Sequence record: DRR378314_377
Direction: 5' to 3' (one strand)
Length of the DNA stretch: 36,985 nucleotides
This document shows, one piece after another, positions 1-10,601 of this stretch. The notes below the pieces were generated by a model. The model was not told the origin of the DNA, made no database searches, and worked only from the letters and a program-made list of their open reading frames with translations. Numbering within the stretch: position 1 is the first letter of the stretch; every line of letters starts with the position of its first letter. Position numbers and translations under genes: made by a program.

Positions 1-1
1 T

Positions 2-41
2 TTCGCGGGCGGGGCCCGCTCCTACAAGGCAAGCTCCCACA
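2..41 (-). repeat. REP-like palindromic elements (a GTAG-type REP next to half of a GTGG-type element) downstream of betB
   Basis: Minus strand reads TGTGGGAGCTTGCC-TT-GTAGGAGCGGGC-CCC-GCCCGCGAA. The 14-mer TGTGGGAGCTTGCC recurs exactly at 11567-11580. Truncated by the window edge. Confidence 0.6.
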
Positions 42-45
42 GCCC

Positions 46-1509
<1,464 letters not shown>

Positions 1510-1532
1510 AGGGGTACCTCGATGGCAGTGGG

Positions 1533-2201
1533 TCACCCGGCCGGTGCGGCCAGATGCTCGATAAAACGTCGGGTGCCGGACAGCAGCGGCTCGTCGAGCC
1601 CCTCGCTGCGGCGGCGCAGGGTGTTAAGGGCCTGCTGCGGGTGCGTGCTTTGCCGCCACTGACGGTGGCAGAACAGCCGCACCGCGAACGCGGTCAGGAA
1701 CGAGGGGTCTTGCAGGTCGCTTTCGTTACACAGCGGCAGGGCCGGAAAGCGCGCCGCCAGCGCGGCGGCGAAAGCGCCGTCGCCCAGGCCCAGGACGCCG
1801 CCGTGCGGGCCGTGGACCGGCGTGGTGCCCAGTCCGCAACTGGGCGAGCGGGCCTTGAACACGAAGCCGTCGAGCGGGGTGTCGATATTGCGGGCCTGGG
1901 CGCCCAGGGCATCGGTATGGTCCTGGTCGGGCCGGGCTACGCCGCGCACCCGCTGTTCGCCGTCCAGGGTCACCACCTGGATCGGCGGGCGCGGCACCGG
2001 CAGGCCGATGGCCACCTCCGGACACACCTCCACGAAACGCACCAGGGGGCCGAGTTCGCGGTGCAACAGGGGTTCGTCGCGGTGGCCGCCGTCGTAGCGG
2101 ACCGGGCGGCCGAGCAGGCAGGCACTGACGCCCAGCCGTGGCCGTCGGTGCGCTGGCGGGGCCGTTTCGAAGCCCATTTTTTGCAGTAAATCCGGTAGCA
2201 T
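1533..2201 (-). CDS. DUF523 / 2-thiouracil desulfidase (TudS/YbbK)-family Fe-S protein
   Basis: Motifs GVSACLLG, RYDG, VCPEV and SPSCG. ATG 2201 preceded by GGAGAGG. Confidence 0.8.
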   Translation of the reverse strand: MLPDLLQKMGFETAPPAHRRPRLGVSACLLGRPVRYDGGHRDEPLLHRELGPLVRFVEVCPEVAIGLPVPRPPIQVVTLDGEQRVRGVARPDQDHTDALGAQARNIDTPLDGFVFKARSPSCGLGTTPVHGPHGGVLGLGDGAFAAALAARFPALPLCNESDLQDPSFLTAFAVRLFCHRQWRQSTHPQQALNTLRRRSEGLDEPLLSGTRRFIEHLAAPAG

Positions 2202-2235
2202 GGGGAACCCTCTCCCAACCTGTACCGATTGTCCC

Positions 2236-3207
2236 ATGAAAGGTGTGATCCTCGACAGCCAGACCCTCAAGCCTTCGGAGCTGGACTTTTCCGATCTGGA
2301 AAAGCTGCTGCCGGAGTGGACATTCTATGAACAAAGCGGCCCGGACGATGTAAAAAACCGTTTGCGGGGCGTGACCGTGGCGATCACCAATAAAGTGGTG
2401 ATCGACGCGGACACCCTGGCCGCGTCGCCGGATCTGAAGCTGATCTGCATCTCCGCCACCGGCACCAATAACGTGGACCTGGAGGCCGCCCGGCGGCAGG
2501 GCGTGGTGGTCTGCAACGTGAGCGGCTACGCCACCGCCACCGTGGCCCAGCACACCCTGGCGCTGATGCTCGGCCTGGCCACCGCCTGGCACCGCTACGA
2601 CGCCGACGCCCGGGCCGGCCGCTGGTCCGAGTCCGACATGTTCTGCCGCATGGATTACCCGGTGGTGGAACTGGCCGGCAAGACCCTCGGCCTGATCGGC
2701 CACGGCGACCTGGGCCGGCGCGTGGCGGCGCTCGCCGAGGCGCTGGGCATGACCGTGCGGGTGGCGGCTTCGCTGCGCCCCGGGGCGGACAACAGCGGCC
2801 GGGTGCCGCTGGACACCCTGCTCGGCGAAGCCGATGTGATCAGCCTGCACTGCCCGCTCACCGACGCCACCGAGAAGATGGTCAACCGGGATTTCCTGGC
2901 CGCCATGAAACCCGGCGCCTTCCTGATCAACACCGCGCGCGGCGGCCTGGTGGATGAGCCGGCGCTGGCGGAAGCGCTGCGCGGCGGCCGTCTGGGCGGC
3001 GCCGCCCTGGACGTGCTCAGCCAGGAGCCGCCGCCGGCGGACCATCCGCTGCTGGCGCCGGACGTCCCCAACCTGATCATCACCCCGCACAGCGCCTGGG
3101 TGAGCCGCGAGAGCCGCCAGCGGCTGCTCGACGGGGTGGCCGCCAATATCCGGGCCTGGCGGACCGGCCGGCCCACCAATGTGGTCAATGGTCTGCTCAG
3201 CGCCTGA
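2236..3207 (+). CDS. D-2-hydroxyacid dehydrogenase (glycerate dehydrogenase/hydroxypyruvate reductase-like)
   Basis: Motifs ATGTNNVD, GLIGHGDLG (Rossmann), SLHCPL, INTARGGLVDE and TPHSAW. Confidence 0.85.
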   Translation: MKGVILDSQTLKPSELDFSDLEKLLPEWTFYEQSGPDDVKNRLRGVTVAITNKVVIDADTLAASPDLKLICISATGTNNVDLEAARRQGVVVCNVSGYATATVAQHTLALMLGLATAWHRYDADARAGRWSESDMFCRMDYPVVELAGKTLGLIGHGDLGRRVAALAEALGMTVRVAASLRPGADNSGRVPLDTLLGEADVISLHCPLTDATEKMVNRDFLAAMKPGAFLINTARGGLVDEPALAEALRGGRLGGAALDVLSQEPPPADHPLLAPDVPNLIITPHSAWVSRESRQRLLDGVAANIRAWRTGRPTNVVNGLLSA

Positions 3208-3222
3208 AACCGGAGATTAAGA

Positions 3223-3648
3223 ATGTGGTTACAGCGGATTCTTACCCTGGCGCCCCGTGGCCGGGGCTTTCATCTGGTCAGCGACGAGGTGCGCGACGCC
3301 CTGCCGGAGCTGGCGGAATACCGGGTCGGGCTGTTGCACCTGTTTCTGCAGCACACCTCTGCCTCCCTGGCGATTAACGAGAACGCCGACCCGGATGTGC
3401 GCGGCGATCTGGAGCGCCACTTCAACGTGATGGTGCCGGAGAACGCGCCGCATTACGCGCACACCCTGGAAGGGCCGGACGATATGCCGGCGCATATTAA
3501 AACGGTGTTGATCGGCGAGAGCCTGACGGTGCCGGTGCGTGACGGGGCGTTGGCACTGGGCACCTGGCAGGGCCTCTATTTGTGCGAGCATCGCGACCAC
3601 GCCGGAAGCCGGCGCGTGGTCGCGACGCTGCAGGGCGAGAAGCGCTGA
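3223..3648 (+). CDS. yjbQ: YjbQ/UPF0047 family protein (secondary thiamine-phosphate synthase)
   Basis: Motifs HTSASLAINENADPDV, EGPDDMPAHIK and LGTWQGLYLCEHR. GGAG RBS. Confidence 0.85.
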   Translation: MWLQRILTLAPRGRGFHLVSDEVRDALPELAEYRVGLLHLFLQHTSASLAINENADPDVRGDLERHFNVMVPENAPHYAHTLEGPDDMPAHIKTVLIGESLTVPVRDGALALGTWQGLYLCEHRDHAGSRRVVATLQGEKR

Positions 3649-3669
3649 CGCCGCCCGCGCGGAGTGTTG

Positions 3670-4398
3670 CTACTGCGAAATCCACTGCAGGAACTGGCGG
3701 CGCTCCTCCTGGGTGGCCTGGTTCCACTGGGCTTTCAGCGTGTCCAGATAGCTGGCCTGGCTGCCGGCGCTGGCGCCGCCCTCGGAGCCGTTAGCCGTGC
3801 CGCTTTCCGCGGGCGCCGCCGGTGCCGGCGTTACCGCTTCGGCCGCCTTGGCTTTCGGCTGCACCGCGGTGGCCCCCTTGGTTTCCACTTCGGTGCCGGT
3901 GATCGGCGCCAGGAAGCCCCGGTTGAGCACCAGGCCGCTGGCTTGGCTGGGGGTCTTCTCGCCGCTGTTCATGTTCTCCACCCAGCCGGAAAAGTCGTCT
4001 TCAAGGGCGCGTGCCTGGGTGACGTTCTGCGGGCGCTCGAAATCCAGGCGATAGAACTCGCCGGCTTCGCCGTCCACCACGAACAGGGCCGGGTCGGACT
4101 TCATCACTTCGTGGTTGTCGGCGTCCAGATCCCACAGCCGCTTGTAGTAGGCCAGGATCTCATAGCGCCCTGGGGTCACCTTGAGGTCCTTGTGGTCGGT
4201 ATTGAAGAAGGTGTTGACCCCGTCCACTTCGCTGCCGTTGATGGTGAAGACTTCCAGGTCGGAGGGCACGCGAATCGTCAGCACCTGGCTGTCCGGTTGT
4301 TTGGCGCCTTCGTAGAGTTGCACCACCGGGCTGCGGCTACAGGCGGTGAGCAGAAAGGCGGCGGCCGCGATCAGCGCGAACGAACGCAATAAAGCCAT
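3670..4398 (-). CDS. DUF2057 (YccT-like) lipoprotein
   Basis: Lipobox LTAC after a hydrophobic signal. C-terminal LKAQWNQATQEERRQFLQW is typical of DUF2057. Ala/Pro-rich linker. Confidence 0.7.
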   Translation of the reverse strand: MALLRSFALIAAAAFLLTACSRSPVVQLYEGAKQPDSQVLTIRVPSDLEVFTINGSEVDGVNTFFNTDHKDLKVTPGRYEILAYYKRLWDLDADNHEVMKSDPALFVVDGEAGEFYRLDFERPQNVTQARALEDDFSGWVENMNSGEKTPSQASGLVLNRGFLAPITGTEVETKGATAVQPKAKAAEAVTPAPAAPAESGTANGSEGGASAGSQASYLDTLKAQWNQATQEERRQFLQWISQ

Positions 4399-4478
4399 GA
4401 TGTTCTCCCGGTTTGCGGACCCGCCAGTGTGGCGGACCCGTGTGATGTTTTTATGACGGTCAGGGGTAGGGCCAGGCC

Positions 4479-4826
4479 CTAGAAGCCCCAGGTGGTCAGG
4501 TTCGAAGGTGGTTCCCCGTTCGCCAGGCTGTTCAGCCCGCGTACGCAGCGCACGATCCACCAGATCACGATGATCACCAGCAACAGCCAGCCGATCAACG
4601 CCAGCGTGGTGATGCCCGCGATCAGGTTGTACAGCAGGCCGATCCAGAAGGTGCGGTACTGGAAGCGGAAGTGGGCCTGGTGCGGCTCCGGCGCGTCCGG
4701 CGCCTGCAGATGGGCGATCACCGCGCCCACCAGCGCCGTGACGCCGCCGGTGAGCAGGCCGATCAGCAGCAGCGCGTAGTTGATCCGGACCAGCTGGGAG
4801 CGGGTTTCCGCACTGCTCTCGCTCAC
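4479..4826 (-). CDS. DUF4870-like small inner-membrane protein
   Basis: About three TM segments with the motifs HFRFQYRTFW and WWIVRCVRG. GTG start overlaps the upstream TGA (GTGA). Confidence 0.7.
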   Translation of the reverse strand: MSESSAETRSQLVRINYALLLIGLLTGGVTALVGAVIAHLQAPDAPEPHQAHFRFQYRTFWIGLLYNLIAGITTLALIGWLLLVIIVIWWIVRCVRGLNSLANGEPPSNLTTWGF

Positions 4827-5101
4827 GGCATTTCCTGGTCGGTCAGATCCGGTGCCGGGGCGTAGCAGGTGGCCATGCACTCATCCATGGTCTCGAACGG
4901 CACCTGGCCTTCGCAGCCGCCCCAGGCGAATTCCTGGCAGCTTTCGCTATCACTGTCGTAGTAATAGCCCGGTATGGCGGCGCGGCACTGGCCGCTGTCC
5001 GGCGCCTGGTGGCAGGCGTCCGGCAGGGGGTGGGCGTTGCGTCCGCTCTGGCAGCCGGCCAGCGTCAGGACAAGGGCGGACAGGATCAACAGGACACGCA
5101 T
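4823..5101 (-). CDS. BPTI/Kunitz-type serine protease inhibitor domain lipoprotein
   Basis: Lipobox LAGC. Six Cys in Kunitz spacing (C..GQCRA..YYYD...C.EF.WGGC.G..F....EC...C). AAGGAG RBS. Confidence 0.85.
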   Translation of the reverse strand: MRVLLILSALVLTLAGCQSGRNAHPLPDACHQAPDSGQCRAAIPGYYYDSDSESCQEFAWGGCEGQVPFETMDECMATCYAPAPDLTDQEMP

Positions 5102-5157
5102 CGGTGCTTCTCCTTGTGCGGTGGTAGCCCACACTATACCCGGACCGGCGGACGGTC

Positions 5158-5217
5158 TCAGCCCATCAGTTTGCCGCGGAACAGGAAAAACACCGCGCCC
5201 AGCAGGCACAGCCCCGC
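5158..5217 (-). pseudogene. 3' remnant of a DMT-family (DUF486-like) small membrane protein gene
   Basis: Reads AGLCLLGAVFFLFRGKLMG-stop with no start codon, beginning 2 nt after the P450 stop. Resembles the conserved C-terminus (W)AGLCLLGAV(Y/F)FxFR of DUF486 proteins as I recall it. Confidence 0.55.
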
Positions 5218-5219
5218 CT

Positions 5220-6599
5220 TCAGCGCGCCGAGATCTCCACCGGCAGGCCGTCCTTGGGCATGGCGAGAGGCACCAGCTGCACCGGCATTTCATAGCCGTC
5301 GCGCACGGACACCCGGTAGCGCCGCAGGAAGTGGAACAGGAAGGTCTTGGTCTGCAGTTCCGCGAAGTTCAGCCCCAGGCATTTGTGGTGGCCGCCGCCG
5401 AATGGAATCCACTGGAAGTGGTGTTTCTTGTGCTCGGCGCGCTCGTCGCTGAAGCGCTCCGGGTCGAAGTGTTCCGGGTTGCTCCAGTACTCGGGCATGT
5501 AGTGGGTGTACAGCGGCGACAGGTTGACCAGGGTGTTCTTGGGAATGCGGTAGCCCTGGAAGGTCACCTCCTCGGCGGTGCGGCGCGGGAAGGCGGTCAG
5601 TGCCGGTCTCAGGCGCAGGGTCTCCCGGAACACCCAGCCGGTCTTGGTCATTTTTTCCAGGTCGCCGTAGCCGAGCCGGTCCGGATGTTCCGCGGCGGCG
5701 GCCACCTGGTGCATCTCTTCCGCCAGGGTGTCCTGCCACTCCGGGTGTTTGCAGAGCAGGTAGATCAGCGAGCAGAGCGTGCTGGTGGTGGTGTCGTGGG
5801 CGGCGAACAGCAGGAAGATCATGTGGTTGGTGACGTCCTGGTCGCTCAGGCCGCCCTCTTCCTCGGCCGCCTTGCACAGCTCGCTGAAGAAGTCCGGGGT
5901 GTCAGCCTGGCGTTTTTCCGGGATCAGCCCGGCCACGAACTGCTCCAGATAACGCCGGCCGCGCAGGCCCCGGTACCAGAGTGTCCCCGGTATCGGCAGA
6001 CGCAGCACCGCCAGGGAGGCGTCCGCCGCGTCAATGAAGGACTGGTTCACTTTGTCCGCTTCCGGACCCATGCGCAGGCCGAAGAAAATCTGCGCGCCCA
6101 CGTCCAGCAGCAACGCCTTGATGCGGTCGAAGAAGGTGAAGGTTTCGCCGGTGGGCCAGGCCTTCAGGCCGCTCTCCACGCTCGGCCCCATACGGTCGAT
6201 GTAGCTGGCCAGGGCCGGCTTTTTGAACGCCTGCTGCATGATCCGGCGGTGGAACTTGTGGTCGGCGAAATCGCGCAGCATCAGGCCGTCGGTGAACAGC
6301 CGCTCGAGAATCGGATTCCAGGCCGCCCGGCTGGAGAACACATGCTCCTTGTCGCGCAGCACAAATTCATTGGCGTCCGGCCCGAGCAGGGTGACGCCGC
6401 GCTGAAACAGCACGCTGCCGCGATAGACCAGGCCGTAACGCTCGGCTTTGCTGTGCACCAGACCGTGGTAGTCGCGCAGAAACGCCAGCGTGTGGCCGAG
6501 CAGCGGCAAGCCGTAATCCCCCGGGATATGGCTCAGGTCGCGCTGTGGCATTTTTGGTAGTTGCGCCGCTCTGTCCTGGGCGCTGTCCATGGAACCCAT
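5220..6599 (-). CDS. Cytochrome P450 (CYP136-like)
   Basis: I-helix AAHDTT, ExxR (ETLR), PERF and heme motif FGGGHHKCLG. Confidence 0.9.
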   Translation of the reverse strand: MGSMDSAQDRAAQLPKMPQRDLSHIPGDYGLPLLGHTLAFLRDYHGLVHSKAERYGLVYRGSVLFQRGVTLLGPDANEFVLRDKEHVFSSRAAWNPILERLFTDGLMLRDFADHKFHRRIMQQAFKKPALASYIDRMGPSVESGLKAWPTGETFTFFDRIKALLLDVGAQIFFGLRMGPEADKVNQSFIDAADASLAVLRLPIPGTLWYRGLRGRRYLEQFVAGLIPEKRQADTPDFFSELCKAAEEEGGLSDQDVTNHMIFLLFAAHDTTTSTLCSLIYLLCKHPEWQDTLAEEMHQVAAAAEHPDRLGYGDLEKMTKTGWVFRETLRLRPALTAFPRRTAEEVTFQGYRIPKNTLVNLSPLYTHYMPEYWSNPEHFDPERFSDERAEHKKHHFQWIPFGGGHHKCLGLNFAELQTKTFLFHFLRRYRVSVRDGYEMPVQLVPLAMPKDGLPVEISAR

Positions 6600-6760
6600 A
6601 ATTATTTCCCGTTTAAAAACCGCATTACCGGCAATGTACTGCCGTCCCGGTAAGCGGCGCCAGACGCTGTTGGCAGGTGTCAATCGCCACTGTCCGGCCG
6701 GGTAGGGGGCCGGTGAACACGGGCTGGCCGGGGCCGGCGCCGCTTCTCTAGGATGGGGGC

Positions 6761-7669
6761 ATGACAGACGACCTAATCACGGTGTTCGGCGGCAGCGGCT
6801 TTCTTGGTCAGGACGTCATCCGGGTGCTGCTTGCCCGGGGCCATACCGTCCGCTTGGTGGCCAGGCACCCGCAGCGGCCCCGTTTCGACCGGGACCAGGA
6901 AAAGCGGCTGCAACGCCGCGCCGCGGACATCAGGGACCCGGGCGCGGTGCGCGATGCGGTGGCCGGCAGCCGCGTGGTGATCAATGCGGTGTCCCTGTAC
7001 ACGGAGCGCGGCGACCTGACTTTCGAGGCGATCCACGTGCGCGCCGCCGCCGGGCTGGCCGCCGCCGCCCGTGACGCCGGCGTTGTCCGGTTGCTGCAGG
7101 TGTCCGGTATCGGCGCCACCCTGAACTCGCCGTCGCCGTACATTCGCGCCCGGGCACGGGGCGAAGCGGCGGTGCTCGACGCCTTTCCCGACGCCGTAAT
7201 CGTGCGGCCCGCCTCGCTGTTCGGCGCCGGGGACGCGTTGATTCGCTCCCTGGCGATGCTTAGCCGCGCCCCGGTGATTCCGTTGTTCGGGCGTGGCCTG
7301 ACGCGGTTGCAGCCGGTCTGGGTGGAGGACGTGGCCGGGGCGCTGGCACGGCTGGCGGACCACACCGCGCCGGCGGCGGGGCTCTATGAGCTGGGCGGCG
7401 CCGAGACGCTCCGGTACCGGGCGCTGGTGGCCGCCGTGTGCCGTCATCTGGGGCGCCGCCGGGTGCGGCTGGCGGTGCCCTTCGTGCTCTGGCATCTGCT
7501 GGCGATGGGGTTGTCGCGGCTGCCGTCGCCACCCCTGACGCGGGACCAGCTCTGGCTGATGGCCAAGGACAACGTGGCCTCCCCGCAGGCGGACGGCTTC
7601 GCCGCCCTGGGCATGCGGCCACGGGGTGTCCGCGAGGCCTTGCCGGTCTGCCTGGGGCCGCCCCGCTAG
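6761..7669 (+). CDS. NAD(P)-dependent epimerase / NDUFA9-like atypical SDR
   Basis: Motifs TVFGGSGFLG, IVRPASLFG and LQPVWVEDVA. Confidence 0.8.
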   Translation: MTDDLITVFGGSGFLGQDVIRVLLARGHTVRLVARHPQRPRFDRDQEKRLQRRAADIRDPGAVRDAVAGSRVVINAVSLYTERGDLTFEAIHVRAAAGLAAAARDAGVVRLLQVSGIGATLNSPSPYIRARARGEAAVLDAFPDAVIVRPASLFGAGDALIRSLAMLSRAPVIPLFGRGLTRLQPVWVEDVAGALARLADHTAPAAGLYELGGAETLRYRALVAAVCRHLGRRRVRLAVPFVLWHLLAMGLSRLPSPPLTRDQLWLMAKDNVASPQADGFAALGMRPRGVREALPVCLGPPR

Positions 7670-7678
7670 ACGTCGCGC

Positions 7679-9295
7679 TTAAAGGTGCGTCGGGTTGTGC
7701 AGGTCGCGCTGGTCCATGGGCGGTGGCGACCACTGATAAATCCAGGTTTCGGTGAGCGGCTCGCCGTTGTCCTTGCGCTTGAGATAGAGGCGCAGGTTGA
7801 TCGGTGTGGTGTCGTCTTCCGGCGGCACCACGTCGAACATGGCCCGGTAGCCGTTGATGGCGTGCAGCGGCCGCGCCGAGGTGATCTCCACGCGGCCGGA
7901 CGAGTGCTCGATCACCGGCACCACTTCCACGTCGCCGGCCAGGCCGTCGATGGGCCCGCCCAGGAAGTCCACCGCGAACCGCCAGCTGAAGTATTCCCGG
8001 GTCTGCCCGACCACGCCGCCGAGGCCGGTGCGAGTGGCCACACAGCGCGCCAGTGACGGCCGCGGCGCGCGGCCGGTCCAGGACAGGCGGTAGGCGAACA
8101 GGGTTTCCTCGCCGGGCTGTACCGGCTTGTCCGGGTTCCAGAACGCGACGATGTTGTCGAAGGTTTCGTCCAGGGTGGGGATCTCCACCAGCTGGATGCT
8201 GCCTTTGCCCCAGTCGCCCCGGGGTTCCACCCACAGGCTGGGGCGGCGTTCGTAGAACACGCCGTCGTCCTGGTAGTGATCGAAATTACGGTCGCGCTGC
8301 AGCAGCCCGAAGCCGCGCGGATTGTTGTCGGCGAAGGCGTTGAAGCGCAGCTGTGGCGGGTTGGCCAGCGGTCGCCAGATCCATTCGCCGCCGCCGGTGT
8401 GTATCGCCAGGCCGTCGGAGTCATGAATTTCCGGGCGCCAGTCCCAAGCCACCCGGCGGCTGTTTTCGCCCACCTGGTACATGCTGGTGAGCGGCGCCAC
8501 CCCCAGCCGCTCGATCGGCTTGCGCGGGTAGAGGGCCGCGTCCACATCCATGATCACGTCCCCGGACACGCGTTCGATGATAAAGCGGTAGGCGCCGGTG
8601 ACGCTGGGCGAATCGAGGAAAGCGTAGACGATCACCTGGTCGGCGTCCGCCGGACGCTCGAACCAGAAATGGGTGAATTCCGGAAACTCTTCCGGCTCCG
8701 ACATGGCGGTGTTCACCGCCAGGCCCCGCGCCGACAGGCCGAACTGCAGCGACGCGCTGGTGGCGCGGAAATAACTGGCGCCCAGAAAGGCGGCGATGTC
8801 CCGTTCCCAGTCGCTGTGGTGCAGCAGCCGGAAGCCGGCGAAACCCAGCCCCTCGGGCAGCGACGAGGTATCCAGATCGGTGTGGCTGAAATCGAACAGG
8901 TCGGTGCGGTAGGGAATCGGCCGGGCCCGGCCGTCCACCACTTCGTGCATCTTCACCGGCGTATGGAAATTGAGGCCGAGATGGAAGAACTGCATGCGGA
9001 AAGCGGCGTCCCGGTCGTCCGCCCACAGCGCCTCATCATCGCGATACTGAATGCCCTGGTACTGGTCCCAGGACAGGTCGTCGATGGCCGGCGGCAGGTC
9101 CAGGCGGTGGCTGTGGTAGCGCTGCCCGGCGAAATGCCGCGCCATGCCTTTCAGCCAGGCGTAGCTGAACGGTTCGCCGGGGCCTTCGCCGTGGGCGCCG
9201 GCCGGTTGGCCGAGCACCCGCGCCAGGGCCGGCGCCGCCGGCAGCAGAGCGCCGCCGAACAGCCCCAGGGCCTTCAATACTGAACGTCGATCCAT
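7679..9295 (-). CDS. opgD: Periplasmic glucan biosynthesis protein OpgD/MdoD (OpgG family), Tat-exported
   Basis: Twin-arginine signal MDRRSVLK. Motifs FLGASYFRA, GLSARGLA, EEFPEF, RPEIHDSDGL and DETFDNIVAFW. Confidence 0.85.
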   Translation of the reverse strand: MDRRSVLKALGLFGGALLPAAPALARVLGQPAGAHGEGPGEPFSYAWLKGMARHFAGQRYHSHRLDLPPAIDDLSWDQYQGIQYRDDEALWADDRDAAFRMQFFHLGLNFHTPVKMHEVVDGRARPIPYRTDLFDFSHTDLDTSSLPEGLGFAGFRLLHHSDWERDIAAFLGASYFRATSASLQFGLSARGLAVNTAMSEPEEFPEFTHFWFERPADADQVIVYAFLDSPSVTGAYRFIIERVSGDVIMDVDAALYPRKPIERLGVAPLTSMYQVGENSRRVAWDWRPEIHDSDGLAIHTGGGEWIWRPLANPPQLRFNAFADNNPRGFGLLQRDRNFDHYQDDGVFYERRPSLWVEPRGDWGKGSIQLVEIPTLDETFDNIVAFWNPDKPVQPGEETLFAYRLSWTGRAPRPSLARCVATRTGLGGVVGQTREYFSWRFAVDFLGGPIDGLAGDVEVVPVIEHSSGRVEITSARPLHAINGYRAMFDVVPPEDDTTPINLRLYLKRKDNGEPLTETWIYQWSPPPMDQRDLHNPTHL

Positions 9296-9364
9296 GTCGT
9301 CCTCTCCGTGTTGGTTCGCCACCGGGGCCGGTGACCGCTCTGCGAATAGAACGCCGGAGCGCGG

Positions 9365-10537
9365 CTAAGTTCCAGCCCGGCGGGCCAGAAACCCGGAACA
9401 GAACACTACCAGAGCGGCGCACAGCAGCACCGTGCCGCCGATCTCGAAGATCAGCGGCCCGCCGCTGGGGTGGGCGTACAGCGTCGCCATGGCGTAGGCG
9501 GCACCGGCCTGGCCCACCGCGAACAGCGCGGTGGCGCGGCCCCAGGCGTGGGTGGCCCGATGCGCCGGCACCAGCTCGGCCACCCGGCCCATGGTGCCGG
9601 CCACCATGGCCGGAATCATGGCGCCGACCACGAACGAGGACAGCGTCACCACCGCCAGGCCGGGCAGCAGCATCGGCAGCATCACCGCCAGCCCCTTGCA
9701 GGAGAGCGCGCCGATCAGGGTCCAGTGCCAGCCCAGGCGCCGGGCGGCGGCGCCGGCCAGGAACGGGCCGCTGATCGCGCCGAAGGCGAACACCGCCCAC
9801 TGGCCGGCGGCGGCCCAGGTGCCGAATTCCCGGTAGCGTTCCAGGTAATCGACCCAGAACACCGTATGCGGCACGAAGCCCACCGCGTCCATCAGGTAGG
9901 CGGCGTACAACATGATCAGAAGAATACCGGCGCCGTTACCGTTGGCGGGGGCCTCCGCCACGGTGGGCATGGCCGGCCAAGCCCGCCACACCAGCAGGGT
10001 GGGCACCACGCAGGCCGCCGCCAGGCCGACCCAGGCCAGCGCCAGTCCCTGGGTGATCAGCAGCGGCACCAGGGTGGCGGAGAACAGCACGCCCAGGCCG
10101 ACGCCGGCGAAGATCCAGGTGGTGCCGCGCTTGCGCATGGATTCCGGCAACTGGGAGGCGATCAGCGACGGCGCGATCACCATCAGAAAGGCGCCGGTGA
10201 CCCCGGCCACGAAACGCCACAGGCTGAACCACCACACCGGCGCCGCCCAGGCGCTGGCCAGGAAACCCAGGCCCACCAGCAGCACCGACGCCTTGATCAC
10301 CCGGGTGGGGCCGAACCAGCGGCTGACGCGGCTCGCCAGCACCGCCCCCACCAGATAGCCGAGCAGGTTGGCGGCGCCCACATAGCCGGCGTCCGCCTCG
10401 TTCAGCCAGCCGGCCGCGATCACGCCCGGCAGCAGGGCGGCGTAGGCGAAACGCCCCAGGCCGATGCCCACCAGGGTGGCGGAGCCGGCCATCAGCACCA
10501 GACGGCCGGGCGACAGAGAGGGATTGGGCGGTGTCAT
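9365..10537 (-). CDS. YbfB/YjiJ-family MFS transporter
   Basis: Motifs GIGLGRFAYAALLP and ANLLGYLVGA. About 12 TM segments. Divergent from a LysR gene. Confidence 0.8.
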   Translation of the reverse strand: MTPPNPSLSPGRLVLMAGSATLVGIGLGRFAYAALLPGVIAAGWLNEADAGYVGAANLLGYLVGAVLASRVSRWFGPTRVIKASVLLVGLGFLASAWAAPVWWFSLWRFVAGVTGAFLMVIAPSLIASQLPESMRKRGTTWIFAGVGLGVLFSATLVPLLITQGLALAWVGLAAACVVPTLLVWRAWPAMPTVAEAPANGNGAGILLIMLYAAYLMDAVGFVPHTVFWVDYLERYREFGTWAAAGQWAVFAFGAISGPFLAGAAARRLGWHWTLIGALSCKGLAVMLPMLLPGLAVVTLSSFVVGAMIPAMVAGTMGRVAELVPAHRATHAWGRATALFAVGQAGAAYAMATLYAHPSGGPLIFEIGGTVLLCAALVVFCSGFLARRAGT

Positions 10538-10586
10538 GCAAGCTCCAGCGGATCGAATCAGCGACCCAGTTAACCAGAGCACTTTT

Positions 10587-10601
10587 ATCACTGGAAATGA
10601 T
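10587..10601. promoter_or_regulatory. Putative LysR recognition site (ATCA-N7-TGAT, T-N11-A)
   Basis: ATCACTGGAAATGAT dyad in the AT-rich gap between the divergent MFS and LysR genes. Confidence 0.55.

Noticed and set aside
4974-6560. 528-aa ORF on the + strand, and similar long ORFs such as 1726-3090, 14458-15933, 9470-10573 and 8276-9283
   Set aside because: They lie antisense to well-supported genes and have no motifs. Long shadow frames are expected in high-GC coding DNA.
7679-9295. opgD without opgG/opgH as a novel pathway
   Set aside because: opgD is commonly unlinked from opgGH, and the partners may be elsewhere in the genome.
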